The notes under the pieces were generated by a model. That model made no database searches. It was given only the letters and a program-made list of their open reading frames with translations, and was not told the DNA's origin. The position numbers and the translations under genes were made by a program. A stretch of 64,000 nucleotides of DNA from Candidatus Peregrinibacteria bacterium (GTDB taxonomy: Bacteria; Patescibacteriota; Gracilibacteria; UBA1369; LOWO2-01-FULL-3): contig JABIJZ010000010.1 in NCBI GenBank assembly GCA_018655275.1, positions 9,274-73,273 on the forward strand, written 5' to 3'. Below, piece by piece: positions 1 through 10,800 of the stretch; position 1 is the first letter of the stretch, and each line of letters begins with the position of its first letter.

Positions 1-557
1 TAAACCTCGCCATTCTCAGGATCCTTGACTTCATATGCAGGAATGAACTTATCCAAAGCCTCAAAAATATCATCCGAAATTCGGTGTACATCCTCAATAG
101 GAATCTCCAATGCATTAATTGGTCTCAAAACAAAAGGAATCTCATGCCCCTCAACTGGCTCAGAAATATGAGCTGTCGCCGCAAGCAAGTCCTCACGGAA
201 TTTCTCTTTTGGAATCTCACTCGGCCATTCTCCACGATAAATCTCCTTAAAACTCCACTCACCTTCACCACCAGCAGAAGCATCATACTTATACCCAATC
301 GCCCCATTTTCTCCAAAGAAATAAAAATTCTCACGAGCCTTATGCGAAAGCTGCTCAACATGAGGCCCAAAACGTCGTTGAAAAGACTCCAACTGCCGAC
401 CAGTACACACAGCAATCGGCACTCCGTTCTCAGCCAAATCATTCAACACAGCCACCAATTCATCAGACGGCACAAACTCACTTCTCATAGTGAGAGTCCC
501 ATCATAATCAAACATAGCAGCCTTTATTTTCGACAAAATTGAAAAATCAGATTTCAT
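1..557 (-). CDS. HAD-superfamily (Cof/IIB-like) hydrolase, partial; C-terminus runs off the window edge
   Basis: Absent from the ORF track because no stop lies in the window. Manual reverse-complement translation from the ATG at 557-555 gives MKSDFSILSKIKAAMFDYDGTLTMRSEFVPSDELVAVLNDLAENGVPIAVCTGRQ... It has HAD motif I (DYDGT) and a TGR motif II. The + strand ORF 84..542 is a low-complexity shadow. Confidence 0.6.
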   Translation of the reverse strand, partial: MKSDFSILSKIKAAMFDYDGTLTMRSEFVPSDELVAVLNDLAENGVPIAVCTGRQLESFQRRFGPHVEQLSHKARENFYFFGENGAIGYKYDASAGGEGEWSFKEIYRGEWPSEIPKEKFREDLLAATAHISEPVEGHEIPFVLRPINALEIPIEDVHRISDDIFEALDKFIPAYEVKDPENGEV

Positions 558-661
558 GATCCGTAGATTATCACATCTAATAAACTCGCACCAGTCGAGT
601 CAAAGGAGACTTGACAAAAAAGCAGCAAAATGTTAAAAAACTCTCTAATTAATTCTACCAA

Positions 662-1540
662 ATGGGAGAAGCACCACAAAAAGAAGTTTGGATCACAGCA
701 GGTTTGCCGGGTAGCGGTAAGTCTACTGTAAGTAAGCAAATTACAGCAAATAGAAGCTATGAAGCTTTTTCTCAAGATAAAGAAGCTGAAATCGCAAGAC
801 CAGAAATGTTGACATGGGACATGCATAGACTGGGACAAAGCATAGTAGAATTAAACGATGCTGCAGTACAAGCTGGAAGAGTTGATTTTCGTTTAGAAGA
901 ACAGGCGCGTGTATTAATAAAGCAAGCAGCCGTTCATATCCCGCATATTAGGCAATGGATAAGTGAACAAATCCAATACCTGCAAGACATGGCTGTGTTT
1001 GAGTCACCTGCTCAACACAAAACAACGCAAGGAGTGCTCCAATTTCTACATCGCCTGTATCACACAGATAATCCAATACAGCTAATTGCCGTAGGTTTAG
1101 GGGAAATGGATTATTTGATGTTAGCAGTTAAAACAATTTCTGAGAGGAATGCTGTAAACAAAACAGTCGCTTCACAAAGAGATGTTTTATTTGAATATCA
1201 TCGGAATAACTTCAGGGACGACAGGGCCAAATTTCAGAGATTTTTCAGGTTTGAAGGCATAAAGCCATGTTTACTTCTAGTTCAAAATACAAAAGAACAC
1301 TTGCAAAGAGTTCTAAAGGAAAGGACAAGGGCAACTCCAGCACATGCGGAAATCTTCGAAGAAGACTATGTTGAACAAATAATTTTACAAACAGATCCAA
1401 TCTCCCCAGATGAAGGCTTCGACAAAGTCGTAGTAGTGGACAATTCACAAAGACTTCCAATCCAAGAAATCATCCGAAGGATGCAAGGATCAACAACGCA
1501 ACAAATCACTGAAGAAATTCCTTTCGTAATCTCAGCCTAA
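662..1540 (+). CDS. P-loop NTPase / kinase-like protein, function unknown
   Basis: Walker A motif GLPGSGKST lies near the N-terminus (WITAGLPGSGKSTVSKQI). I do not recognise the rest of the protein. Confidence 0.5.
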   Translation: MGEAPQKEVWITAGLPGSGKSTVSKQITANRSYEAFSQDKEAEIARPEMLTWDMHRLGQSIVELNDAAVQAGRVDFRLEEQARVLIKQAAVHIPHIRQWISEQIQYLQDMAVFESPAQHKTTQGVLQFLHRLYHTDNPIQLIAVGLGEMDYLMLAVKTISERNAVNKTVASQRDVLFEYHRNNFRDDRAKFQRFFRFEGIKPCLLLVQNTKEHLQRVLKERTRATPAHAEIFEEDYVEQIILQTDPISPDEGFDKVVVVDNSQRLPIQEIIRRMQGSTTQQITEEIPFVISA

Positions 1541-3120
1541 AACGGCCTCACAACCTTAGGGAAGTTTCTCCAAACAGGAATCCCACACCAATGTGCTCCC
1601 TCAGGGCACGGCCCTTCACGACGCATCTCACCACTTTCATCACCACGAACACCTCCTCGATGCATAGTCAAACAAGGCGGCCCAAGATGCCGCGCAATTC
1701 TGGGATGAACCTCAGCAACTTGCTGAACCTCATCCATCGAAGCATTGTAGATTTCCAACTGTGCATTGAAACACGTTCGCAACCGCCACTTGTGCAGATG
1801 CCCAAGCAAATTCCCACTTTGTGTAAATCGCAGATTTAAAGCATTCGGCAAAATATAAACAGCAAACTCAGGCGAAACGCCCATTTCAATTAAATCATTC
1901 TTAGTCTTCCAAAGCATATCCATCGTCTCACGATACAACTCAGCCGCAGCAGGATTTTTCTCAACCACAGACGGAATATGATAATCCGGCATCTCAGTAT
2001 GCACACGCGATAGCATCGGTTTCGACGTCGGAGTCATTCTGTGACGTTGGTCCTGGCTATCCGCTGTATGTGTAATTTTTTTCTTAAAAGTATAAGAAAC
2101 GTGCTGCATCGCCCGCATAAGAGGGGAGTGCACAGAACTATTCAAAGTATCGACATGATAAGGATTCCGCGCAGGGTCCATCACAAGATCGATCGCATCA
2201 TCATCAGACAACTTCTCGTTAGAAACTCCCAAAACATCTCGCACAGCTCCAGCCAAAAGCAATTCTCCATTTCCCTGAAAAGACGCCAATTTCGAAACAT
2301 GTTCTCCCAAATCTTTATCGAATCTTTCCGCAAAATCGCCACCAACCCCATCCCCAGCCTCAATCCCCGCAACCTCTTTCCCGTACTCCAAAGTTTCTTC
2401 TTTATAAAGAGGTGTCTCGCCAATCATTTTCAAAAACTCAGGCGCAGCCTCTTTCAAAGCCCCCATCATCCTATCAACAATAATCTTCGCCTCATAAGGC
2501 ACATCGCAAGCATTCACCAGCCGAATATATCGAAGCAACGTAACTCCCGACACAGTGTGATAAAGCGTCGTCGCCGAACCAACCGGTAAGACATAACGCG
2601 CATTCTCAATAGCTTTCTTTTCAGAGTCGACCTTTACCTGTTTTTCGGTCTGTCCCTTTATCTTCCCAAGCTGACTCATTAATCGAAAATTATCTTCAAT
2701 CAACATCTCACCCAATTTCTCATATGCTTTGTACGCTTCCAAAAATGCTTTCTTATAAAGATTCTCCGCTTTCAAATTACCTTCAAAAGGCGGCACGAAA
2801 ACTTCTGGTTCATCGAAATACACATACCGCTGGCTTTGTTGCTCAGAATTATAAAAAGGATGACTATGCAAAAACGCCCAAACAAAATGCCGGCTCACTC
2901 CACTCAACCCAAAAACAAAAGTCGGATGTTGGAAAGGCGTATGATGCCCAGCATCATAAATCAAACCACCGATTCGTTCGCGTTGGCCTTCGTTCACTTC
3001 CATCGGCTTGATCAATCTCGAACTATAACAAGTCCGCGCACTCGCCACAGCGATATCATAAGGATCGCTTGTGTAAGAGATCAGCTCAACTTTCGGATTT
3101 AATGGTTTCAATGTCGACAT
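1537..3120 (-). CDS. thyX: FAD-dependent thymidylate synthase ThyX-like, long (527 aa) form
   Basis: ThyX signature elements are present: HHTPFQHPTFVF, SRHFVWAFLHSHPFYNSEQQSQRY (the SxxxxSQRY part of the ThyX motif) and a later ADSQDQRHRM segment. The protein is about twice normal ThyX length and has a Cys-containing C-terminal tail. Confidence 0.65.
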   Translation of the reverse strand: MSTLKPLNPKVELISYTSDPYDIAVASARTCYSSRLIKPMEVNEGQRERIGGLIYDAGHHTPFQHPTFVFGLSGVSRHFVWAFLHSHPFYNSEQQSQRYVYFDEPEVFVPPFEGNLKAENLYKKAFLEAYKAYEKLGEMLIEDNFRLMSQLGKIKGQTEKQVKVDSEKKAIENARYVLPVGSATTLYHTVSGVTLLRYIRLVNACDVPYEAKIIVDRMMGALKEAAPEFLKMIGETPLYKEETLEYGKEVAGIEAGDGVGGDFAERFDKDLGEHVSKLASFQGNGELLLAGAVRDVLGVSNEKLSDDDAIDLVMDPARNPYHVDTLNSSVHSPLMRAMQHVSYTFKKKITHTADSQDQRHRMTPTSKPMLSRVHTEMPDYHIPSVVEKNPAAAELYRETMDMLWKTKNDLIEMGVSPEFAVYILPNALNLRFTQSGNLLGHLHKWRLRTCFNAQLEIYNASMDEVQQVAEVHPRIARHLGPPCLTMHRGGVRGDESGEMRREGPCPEGAHWCGIPVWRNFPKVVRPF

Positions 3121-3171
3121 ACTCAGAATCTAAGAAATATCCCGAGCTTTGGCAATAGACCGAACGGAATC

Positions 3172-4593
3172 TCAGGCCTTTTTCGCTTGCGAACGTTTCT
3201 CCGATAGTGTCTTGTCGATAAATAAAAATGCCAAAAACATCCAGAACATAATGGTGTTTTCGGGGAGACTATAAGGAAGGTCAAGGAACCCGTGCCCCAA
3301 GAAATAAATCAAAACCAAAACAAACCCACTCCGTTTTTTTCTAAAAAATTCAACAAACGCCATCACATAAATCAGAAGCATCCCCACCATTCCAAAAATC
3401 CCAAGATCACTCCACCATCCAGTCAGAAGATTATGAGGATGTGGCGGAATCTCCAATTCCGGAATAACAGGATCCAAAAATCGTTCCTGATTCTCACGAA
3501 AATAACTTTGGTAATTTCCCGGCCCAATCCCAACAAATACATTCTCCTTCAATGCCTCATAATTAAATGTGTAAATTTGAGCACGCCGATGAAGCGACGT
3601 CTCCTGCGTATCATTCCCAATCAAGATCTGAAACTTCCTAGTATTGTACTGACTCGCAATCCCAACCATCAACAACACTACAAACCCAATCACCAAATAC
3701 TTCCGTGTTTTCTTCGGAACCGAAATGAAAACATAAAGCCCAAGGATCAAAGCCGTAATCCCAATTCCCGTATATGACTTAGTCAAAAGCAAAACCACCA
3801 ATGACACAACAATACATAAGCCCTCCAAAAAATAATCCTGCGGCTTCTTAAGCTGTTCAAAAAACTTATTCAACCATTTGCCCAATCCTTTACCAAGCTT
3901 CTCTCGCAAACTCACAACTCCCAATATCAATCCAGGCCCAAAAATATAAGACAGCCAATTCGCACTCTCATATTTCATATCAACAAAAGGGTCTATATAC
4001 GGCCAAACCAACCTCCCGAGGAAATCCAAATTGTCCCCAGGCAAAGCCCCCGAAAAATATTCATAAATCGCCAGCATCCCAAACAAACTCAAAACCCCCA
4101 TCAACGAGATTTGCAATTGACGAAAAACAACCCGGTCCTTAACAGCAAAAGCCAAAACAAAAAACAACGCCACAGGCGTCACATACAAATGATAAATCTC
4201 AAACCAAAAAGATTTGATGACAGGCTCAGAAGGATTATAAGAAACCCCAGCCACAATCAACCCAAGTACCACAAAAGCAATACTCAAGTATTGCCATCGC
4301 CACTTAAGCCGAGGCACAAAAATCTGCAATCCCAAAACGCCCAAAATATACAGCCCAAAAACAATCAACAAATAAAAATCCAAAATACTAAAAAAATCAA
4401 ACATCGCTAGCCCCGGATGCAGCCGAAAAAACAATTCGCCAGTCGCCCCACCCCCGCCGGCCTCTCCAGGCCAAAAATAATTGTGGAACCTGTAATCAAA
4501 AATCCCCAACACCACAAAAACCGGCAACAAATACAAAAACACATTGAAAATCGATGTGTAAGCCTTCCGGATCGTAGCGATAGCACCAGCCAT
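3172..4593 (-). CDS. Polytopic membrane protein, O-antigen ligase/polymerase (Wzy_C)-like
   Basis: Has 10 or more hydrophobic segments and a large loop followed by VGIGPGNYQSYF, as in the O-antigen ligase family. Assigned by pattern only. Confidence 0.55.
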   Translation of the reverse strand: MAGAIATIRKAYTSIFNVFLYLLPVFVVLGIFDYRFHNYFWPGEAGGGGATGELFFRLHPGLAMFDFFSILDFYLLIVFGLYILGVLGLQIFVPRLKWRWQYLSIAFVVLGLIVAGVSYNPSEPVIKSFWFEIYHLYVTPVALFFVLAFAVKDRVVFRQLQISLMGVLSLFGMLAIYEYFSGALPGDNLDFLGRLVWPYIDPFVDMKYESANWLSYIFGPGLILGVVSLREKLGKGLGKWLNKFFEQLKKPQDYFLEGLCIVVSLVVLLLTKSYTGIGITALILGLYVFISVPKKTRKYLVIGFVVLLMVGIASQYNTRKFQILIGNDTQETSLHRRAQIYTFNYEALKENVFVGIGPGNYQSYFRENQERFLDPVIPELEIPPHPHNLLTGWWSDLGIFGMVGMLLIYVMAFVEFFRKKRSGFVLVLIYFLGHGFLDLPYSLPENTIMFWMFLAFLFIDKTLSEKRSQAKKA

Positions 4594-4595
4594 AT

Positions 4596-5444
4596 TTATT
4601 CAGTTAACAAAACTTTAAAGCCCTCCTTTTCTAACATTTTTTTGATTTTTTGAATAGACTTTGGCGTCGGCGGTTTCATGTCTTTCAGTCGATATTTTAA
4701 TCCCAATTTTTTCCATTTATAAACGCCATAAGTGTGGTAGGGGAGCAATTCAATCAGCTCAAACTTCACCTCGTGCAGAAACTCAACCAACGCGTGCAGA
4801 TTTTCTTTAGTATCGGTCACCCCAGGCATAACAACATATCGGAAACGGATTTTTGTTCTACTCTTCGCCCCACGCTTTTGTTGTGCAACTTTTTTGTTCG
4901 ACGCGTCTGACGCGCTCAACGCGCGGCTCAAAAATCGCACATTAGAAAGGATCCTTTCATTTGGCACACCAGTCATGCATTTGTGAGTATCCGAATCAAA
5001 ATGCTTCAAACTAATCATAAACAAATCCGTATACGGCAACACAGACTCAATAACTTTTTCACTTGTAAACAGGGAAGTGTCCAACGCAACGTGAATCCCT
5101 TCTTTCTTGCACAACTTCAAAAACTCAACCAAAAACTTCGGCTGGAAAACAGGATCCCCTCCACTAACCGTAACTCCGCCACTCTTCCCAAAATACGCTT
5201 TGTATTTGTGAACCTCCTCAATCAAAGCTTTCGGAGACATCTTTAAATAGTTCTTCATGTCGAGCATATCCCGATTATGACAATACGCACATCGCAACGG
5301 ACATCCTTCAAAGAAAACAACAAATCTCACCCCAGGCCCGTCCAACGCACCAAAAGTTTCAAACGAATGAATCATCCCAGTAGCACGATTGATCGGGCGA
5401 ACTTTAGCTTTGTCGGTTTTTGTAAGATTTTTGCATTGTGCCAT
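4596..5444 (-). CDS. pflA: Pyruvate formate-lyase activating enzyme (radical SAM)
   Basis: IHSFETFGALDGPGVRFVVFFEGCPLRCAYCHNRD carries the CxxxCxxC radical-SAM cluster motif typical of PflA. It lies directly downstream of pflB. An alternative start at Met24 (about 5375) is possible. Confidence 0.85.
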   Translation of the reverse strand: MAQCKNLTKTDKAKVRPINRATGMIHSFETFGALDGPGVRFVVFFEGCPLRCAYCHNRDMLDMKNYLKMSPKALIEEVHKYKAYFGKSGGVTVSGGDPVFQPKFLVEFLKLCKKEGIHVALDTSLFTSEKVIESVLPYTDLFMISLKHFDSDTHKCMTGVPNERILSNVRFLSRALSASDASNKKVAQQKRGAKSRTKIRFRYVVMPGVTDTKENLHALVEFLHEVKFELIELLPYHTYGVYKWKKLGLKYRLKDMKPPTPKSIQKIKKMLEKEGFKVLLTE

Positions 5445-5445
5445 A

Positions 5446-7740
5446 CTAATAAAACTTCTTATGAAATGTTCTAGAAATAACTTCCTTCTGCTGCTCCTTC
5501 GTCAATTTAATAAAATTCACCGCATATCCAGAAACACGAATCGTAAGCTGCGGATATTTTTCAGGATTCTTCATCGCATCTTCCAAGGTCTCCCGATCCA
5601 AAACATTCACATTTATATGGTGGCCACCATTTTCGAAATATCCATCCAGCATGTTCGCCAGATTGTCAGTCCGCATCTCCGAAGTCTTTCCGAGGGTCTG
5701 AGGGGCTATAGAGAATGTGTTCGAAATCCCATCTCGGCAATATGCATAAGGGAGCTTTGCTATTGAATTTAATGATGCTAACGCCCCTTTGGTGTCGCGA
5801 TTGTGCATTGGGTTTGCACCAGGAGCAAAAGGCTCATGAGCTTTCCTGCCATCGGGCGTAGCTCCAGTGTATTTTCCATAAACCACATTCGCAGTAATGG
5901 TCAAAAGAGACAAAGAATGTTCAGCCCCACGATATGTTGGATATTTTTTCAAAGCAGTTGTGAATTTTTTGCAAAGTTCAATTGCAATATTATCGACTCG
6001 TTTATCGTCGTTCCCAAACGCCGGATAAGCCCCCGTGATTTTGAAATCCACAGCGATCCCACGCTTGTCATAGACAGGCCGAACTTTGGCATGTTTCATA
6101 GCACTTAACGAATCCGCAACAATACTCATCCCCGCCATCCCAAACGCCATAAATCTATGAATCTCAGGATCATGCAAAGCCATTTGGCTGTTTTCATAAT
6201 GATGTCGATCGTGCATGTAGTGAATCACATTCATTGTTTCGACATATTTTTTCGCCAACCAATCCATCAATTTATAAAACCTCTCACTTACCTCCTTGTA
6301 TTCCAAAACTTTTCGATTTTTCAAAGGCTTCAAGCCATCAACAACCAAATCTCCAGTCAGCTCATTACGACCACCGTTAATCAAAAGCAGCAAGAGCTTA
6401 GGCAAATTACATCGAGCTCCAAAAAACTGCATCTCCTCACCAATAGTCATCGCCGAAACACAACAAGCAATTCCATAATCATCGCCATGGTACTTCCTCA
6501 TCAAATCATCGTTCTCAAACTGCAACGATGAAGAGGCCACAGCAACTTTAGACGAATATTTTTTGAAAGCTTCAGGCAGTTTGTCAGCCCAAAGCACAGT
6601 AAGATTCGGTTCAGGCGCAGGCCCAAGATTCGTCAACGTATGAAGCAAACGATACGCCGTTTTCGTCACCATGTGGCGACCGGCTTTTCCCCCACGACCG
6701 CCGGCACCACCAACAGCCCGCATTCCACCAAGCACACAAGTCACCCAAGTCGGATCCCCAGCAAACAAAGCATCGTATTCAGGATGTCTCAAATGTCTCA
6801 CAATCCTCAATTTAATAACAAAATCATCAACAAATTGCTGCACCTCTTTTTCAGAATACTTCCCGCTCTTCAAATCCCTCTCAGCATAAATATCTATAAA
6901 AGCATCGATTCGACCCATACTCATCGCAGCTCCATCTTGCTCTTTGACCGCAGCCAAATACGCAAAATAAATCCACTGAATAGCCTCGCGAACATCGCCA
7001 GCTGGACGACCAATATCATGGCCATAAGACGCAGCCATCTCCTTCATGTCCTTTAATGCCTTTATCTGGCGGTGAAACTCAACACGCTTGTTCAAATTCT
7101 CTTCATTCATATACGCACCACAAATACGAGCCTCATCAGCCTGACGCTCAGCGATCAATTTATCTAGCCCATACAAAGCAACTCGTCGATAATCCCCAAT
7201 GATTCTTCCTCGCGAATAGTTATCTGGTAATCCAGTGATGATCCCTTCCGAACGGAAAAATTTCCCCGCAGGCGTCCGGAATTCGTCCCAACTAGAATAA
7301 ATATCAAACACAGAATCATTGTGAGTCGTCACATATTTAGTAAAAATATCATGTAGCTTAGGGTCGGGTTTGTGTCCGAGCAGTTCACATGTCTTCTCTG
7401 CAAGACGAATCCCTCCTCCAGGTTTTAATCCACGCACAAGAGGTTTGTCAGTCTGTACACCGACAATCGATTCGTTGGTCTTGTCGATGTATCCAGGCTT
7501 GTGACTCGTGATGGTCGACGCAGTCTTCGTATCGACACCCAGCACTCCACCTTTTTTGAATTCTCGATTCAACAATTGTTTCGTTTTACCCCAGACTTTG
7601 ACTGTTTTGCGAGTAGGTTTTTCCAAAAACGACTCATCGCCGCTATAAGAAGTGTAATTTTTTAAAATAAAATCGCGAACATCTATAGACGTCTGCCATT
7701 TGCCCTTTTTGAAGCCTCTGTGAGGTAGAAGTTTAGCCAT
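5446..7740 (-). CDS. pflB: Formate C-acetyltransferase (pyruvate formate-lyase)
   Basis: PFL-like along its full length, with the glycyl-radical motif [11 protein letters not shown] near the C-terminus and the active-site CCVS. The tracked ORF 5446..7992 has an 84-aa hydrophobic junk extension. [15 protein letters not shown] at 7740 matches PFL N-termini. Confidence 0.9.
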   Translation of the reverse strand: MAKLLPHRGFKKGKWQTSIDVRDFILKNYTSYSGDESFLEKPTRKTVKVWGKTKQLLNREFKKGGVLGVDTKTASTITSHKPGYIDKTNESIVGVQTDKPLVRGLKPGGGIRLAEKTCELLGHKPDPKLHDIFTKYVTTHNDSVFDIYSSWDEFRTPAGKFFRSEGIITGLPDNYSRGRIIGDYRRVALYGLDKLIAERQADEARICGAYMNEENLNKRVEFHRQIKALKDMKEMAASYGHDIGRPAGDVREAIQWIYFAYLAAVKEQDGAAMSMGRIDAFIDIYAERDLKSGKYSEKEVQQFVDDFVIKLRIVRHLRHPEYDALFAGDPTWVTCVLGGMRAVGGAGGRGGKAGRHMVTKTAYRLLHTLTNLGPAPEPNLTVLWADKLPEAFKKYSSKVAVASSSLQFENDDLMRKYHGDDYGIACCVSAMTIGEEMQFFGARCNLPKLLLLLINGGRNELTGDLVVDGLKPLKNRKVLEYKEVSERFYKLMDWLAKKYVETMNVIHYMHDRHHYENSQMALHDPEIHRFMAFGMAGMSIVADSLSAMKHAKVRPVYDKRGIAVDFKITGAYPAFGNDDKRVDNIAIELCKKFTTALKKYPTYRGAEHSLSLLTITANVVYGKYTGATPDGRKAHEPFAPGANPMHNRDTKGALASLNSIAKLPYAYCRDGISNTFSIAPQTLGKTSEMRTDNLANMLDGYFENGGHHINVNVLDRETLEDAMKNPEKYPQLTIRVSGYAVNFIKLTKEQQKEVISRTFHKKFY

Positions 7741-7875
7741 ATTGGAAGGAATTAGGAATGAGAAACAAAATAAGAAAGAAAAGACTGAAAGAATTATATC
7801 AAAATCTAATCTAAAAAACATTGCCAAATAGGCATATTTTGTGGTAATTCTATATCTCAATAAACCTAAAAGCCG

Positions 7876-10800
7876 ATGGGCAGTGAAGACCAACAAGATG
7901 GTGATCCAAAGATACCTCCAGTAGAGCAGGTTGCAGATCCACGCGCGATCGGGGAAACTCCTTTTGGAAATGAGGAGGTTGACCGAGTACAAGGCCTCGA
8001 TATGGAAAGCGCTTTGGATGACCTGTACGATACAGAAAACGGGTCAATAACAGCAGTACTGGGAATAGAAAAAGACAATATAATAAAAACATTCCCAAAA
8101 GGCTCAGCTGTTTTAGAGGTGTCTTACTACGGAGATATAGAAAGTTCAATCAGTCAACTTTGTAAAATCTTTGGAGGAGAGTCCCTGCCCAAAAATTGGG
8201 AAAGTAACGGAGACAAGAGCTCAACACAATTTGTGTTCAGAAACAAAGATCAAGCAGTAGCGGCAGCGGCAAAAATAAACCAAAACATAGGGAACATAAT
8301 GAGCTTTGGTATAGGTTTGGGGTCAGGAGGGATAACAACCTCTGGAGGTGTGGCCATAAAACTTGGACCGATTTTCGATAATGTAAGAACAGCAATACAA
8401 AATCCTCAGGACGGAATGGTGAGTGTGCATTCTGGACTAGGAGTGGCTGAAAATATCCCAATGAATGAAGAGGCATCACAAATAACAGAATTTAAAAAAT
8501 TTGATTTCAACGCTGTCACAGAACAATCAATAATACATTCGTTGAGTTTAGGGTTAATGGAGCCTTTGCCAACAAAAGAAGGTGTTGTCGCGACAGTAAT
8601 ATTTCCAGAATACGAGGTTCATCGATCTTCTGCTCCAACAATGAGAAGAATCAAGGGATTGGTAAATGTGTTTAGAAACAAAAACACAAGAGTTACGCAT
8701 GCAGGTCGACAAATGCAAATAGCAATAGGTGGAGAAGGTACTCCAGGCGAAGCATTGAAAACCTTACAAAAAGTTTACAGCTATATTAAACCCTACGGCC
8801 TAACAGTTTATTTAGATTATGGTGAAGTAGATATTTCCCAAAAAAAAGAAGATGGACGGTTTGAGCTTGCAAGTGGGTTGATAGATATATTTAAAATATC
8901 TGCATTAAAACCAGGATGTTTTGCGTCGGACAGATTCGTGGCGGTTAGTGGCCATGTTCGTAATGAAGAATTGGCACAAGCACAATACACCCAACACCAT
9001 CAAGATGTGCACGAAATAGATAGCATAAAAAGAATACTTTACCCAGACCCATCTGACATAGACGGTTGTAGAGTCACCGTTGGTAGATATACAGAATTGA
9101 AAGCAGTTCAAGACAACTTAGAGGCTTTCCAAGAAAATCAAACTGCCAGCGTAATAGTTTTCAAAGGTACTGGAGGTATAGGTAAAACAAAAATTGGAAG
9201 AGATGAAACAATGAAAAGAGCTGAAGATCTTGGTCTTTCAACTGTTTACTTTAAGCAATTTGAAAAGGAGAGGAACAATCAAGGATTTGTGCTCAAAGCA
9301 TTTATGAAAGAAATATTTGACGAAAACCCTCAATTCAAATCAACATTTGGAGATCTTTATTTGTTCGCAAACGGAATATCAACCCCTGAATACGAAGGAC
9401 ACATAAGGATGCTTAAACAAAACAAAGCCCACATGCTGAAGCGCTTTCATGCACTAATGCAAGAAACATCAGTAGTAATAAGTTTGGACGATTTGCATTG
9501 GGTCGATGCGTATTCATTGGATGTTTTAGTGGAAGGTTGGTTGCAATATTTTGATGAAAATAGTAAACAAATGCTAGTCTTAGCAGGAAGAACAGGCGAA
9601 GAAAGCATCCCTTATAGAATAATAGCTGTATTAAAGAAAAGATGCCCTGCACTTCTGAAAGAATTCAATCTTCAACCATTGGATTTCCAAGAAGAAGAGA
9701 AAGGTTTGAAAAAAATAGATGCGTTAGTTAGAAACACATTGCCAGAAGAATGGGTAGGATGGGAAACAGCCACAATTCCAGTCTCATTTTTAAGAACAAT
9801 CGCTGCAAAATCAGAAGGTATGCCATTGATAGCCGAAGAATTAACATTATTCCTAACAAGAGGAGACAACCCAAAAGTCACATACGATCCAGCTAAAAAA
9901 GAAGTCATAGCCCCAGCAGGAATCATAGACAAATCAATAGAAGGCAAGGGAGTGAGTGCCGTAGTAAACACAATACTTCAAGCAAAATTCAGCAGATTGA
10001 CAGACGAAGAAGAACGAATGGCTGACTACATAATAGCAACAGGAGAAATCTCTCTAGATTTGTTTGTAGTGCTTTTGGAGCATTTTGGAATGGACCCAGC
10101 AAAGGTTGATGAAGTTTTAAAAAGCTTAAAAGATAAAAAAATAATAAATCTTCAACCAGTTGTGGGATTTTCCCATGACCTCATGAGGGCTGCACGAGAA
10201 TCTCATCTAAAAGAACAGACAGGACGATTGGCCCAAATAGCAATTGAATGTCACAAAACTCTAGAAAACACATCAGCGGAAATAAAAGAAGTTACTCCCG
10301 CAAAATTATTTGAATTGTTGCTAAAAGCGTATGAAGGTCTAGCTCATATAGACCAAGAAGAAGCAATCGGTGTAAGAAAAATAATAGTGGAAAAAGGATT
10401 GGCAGCTGCACAACATCAGAAAAAACATCACGACAACGATGCAGCTTTAGCCACAATCAAAAAACTTTTTGAAATAATAATGCCACAAGAAGGCGTCGTA
10501 AATTGGAGTGTGGTTCCAGAACGTGAAGGAAAGGATGGGCTGGATAAAAAAATACCACTAGCAGAGATTCAATATGAGTTAAATAAACTTGCTGCAGAAG
10601 TGCATACAAGAAACGGTGACCACAAAAAAGCATTAAGCTGTATTAAAGAAATGGAAAAATTAGTGGTCGCTTACACAGAAGAAGGAGGGGGCGGTGAAGC
10701 AAATTTCCTGGATACAAGAGAGTTTCTAAGAAGGGGGATCTTGAAATTAATAGCAGCATTATCTTCAGCAGATAAAACAGTTATATTGCCAGCCAAGGCT

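Noticed and set aside
84-542. A 152-aa + strand ORF, and the 125..442 - ORF, at the window start
   Set aside because: The translations are low-complexity and Ser/Leu/Arg/Asn-rich. A different minus-strand frame (1..557) gives a clean HAD hydrolase with the DxDGT motif, so these are shadow ORFs.
7741-7992. An 84-aa N-terminal extension of pflB in the tracked ORF 5446..7992
   Set aside because: The extension is hydrophobic junk ([25 protein letters not shown]...) and overlaps the divergent promoter region and the start of the STAND gene. The PFL homology begins at [10 protein letters not shown] (7740).
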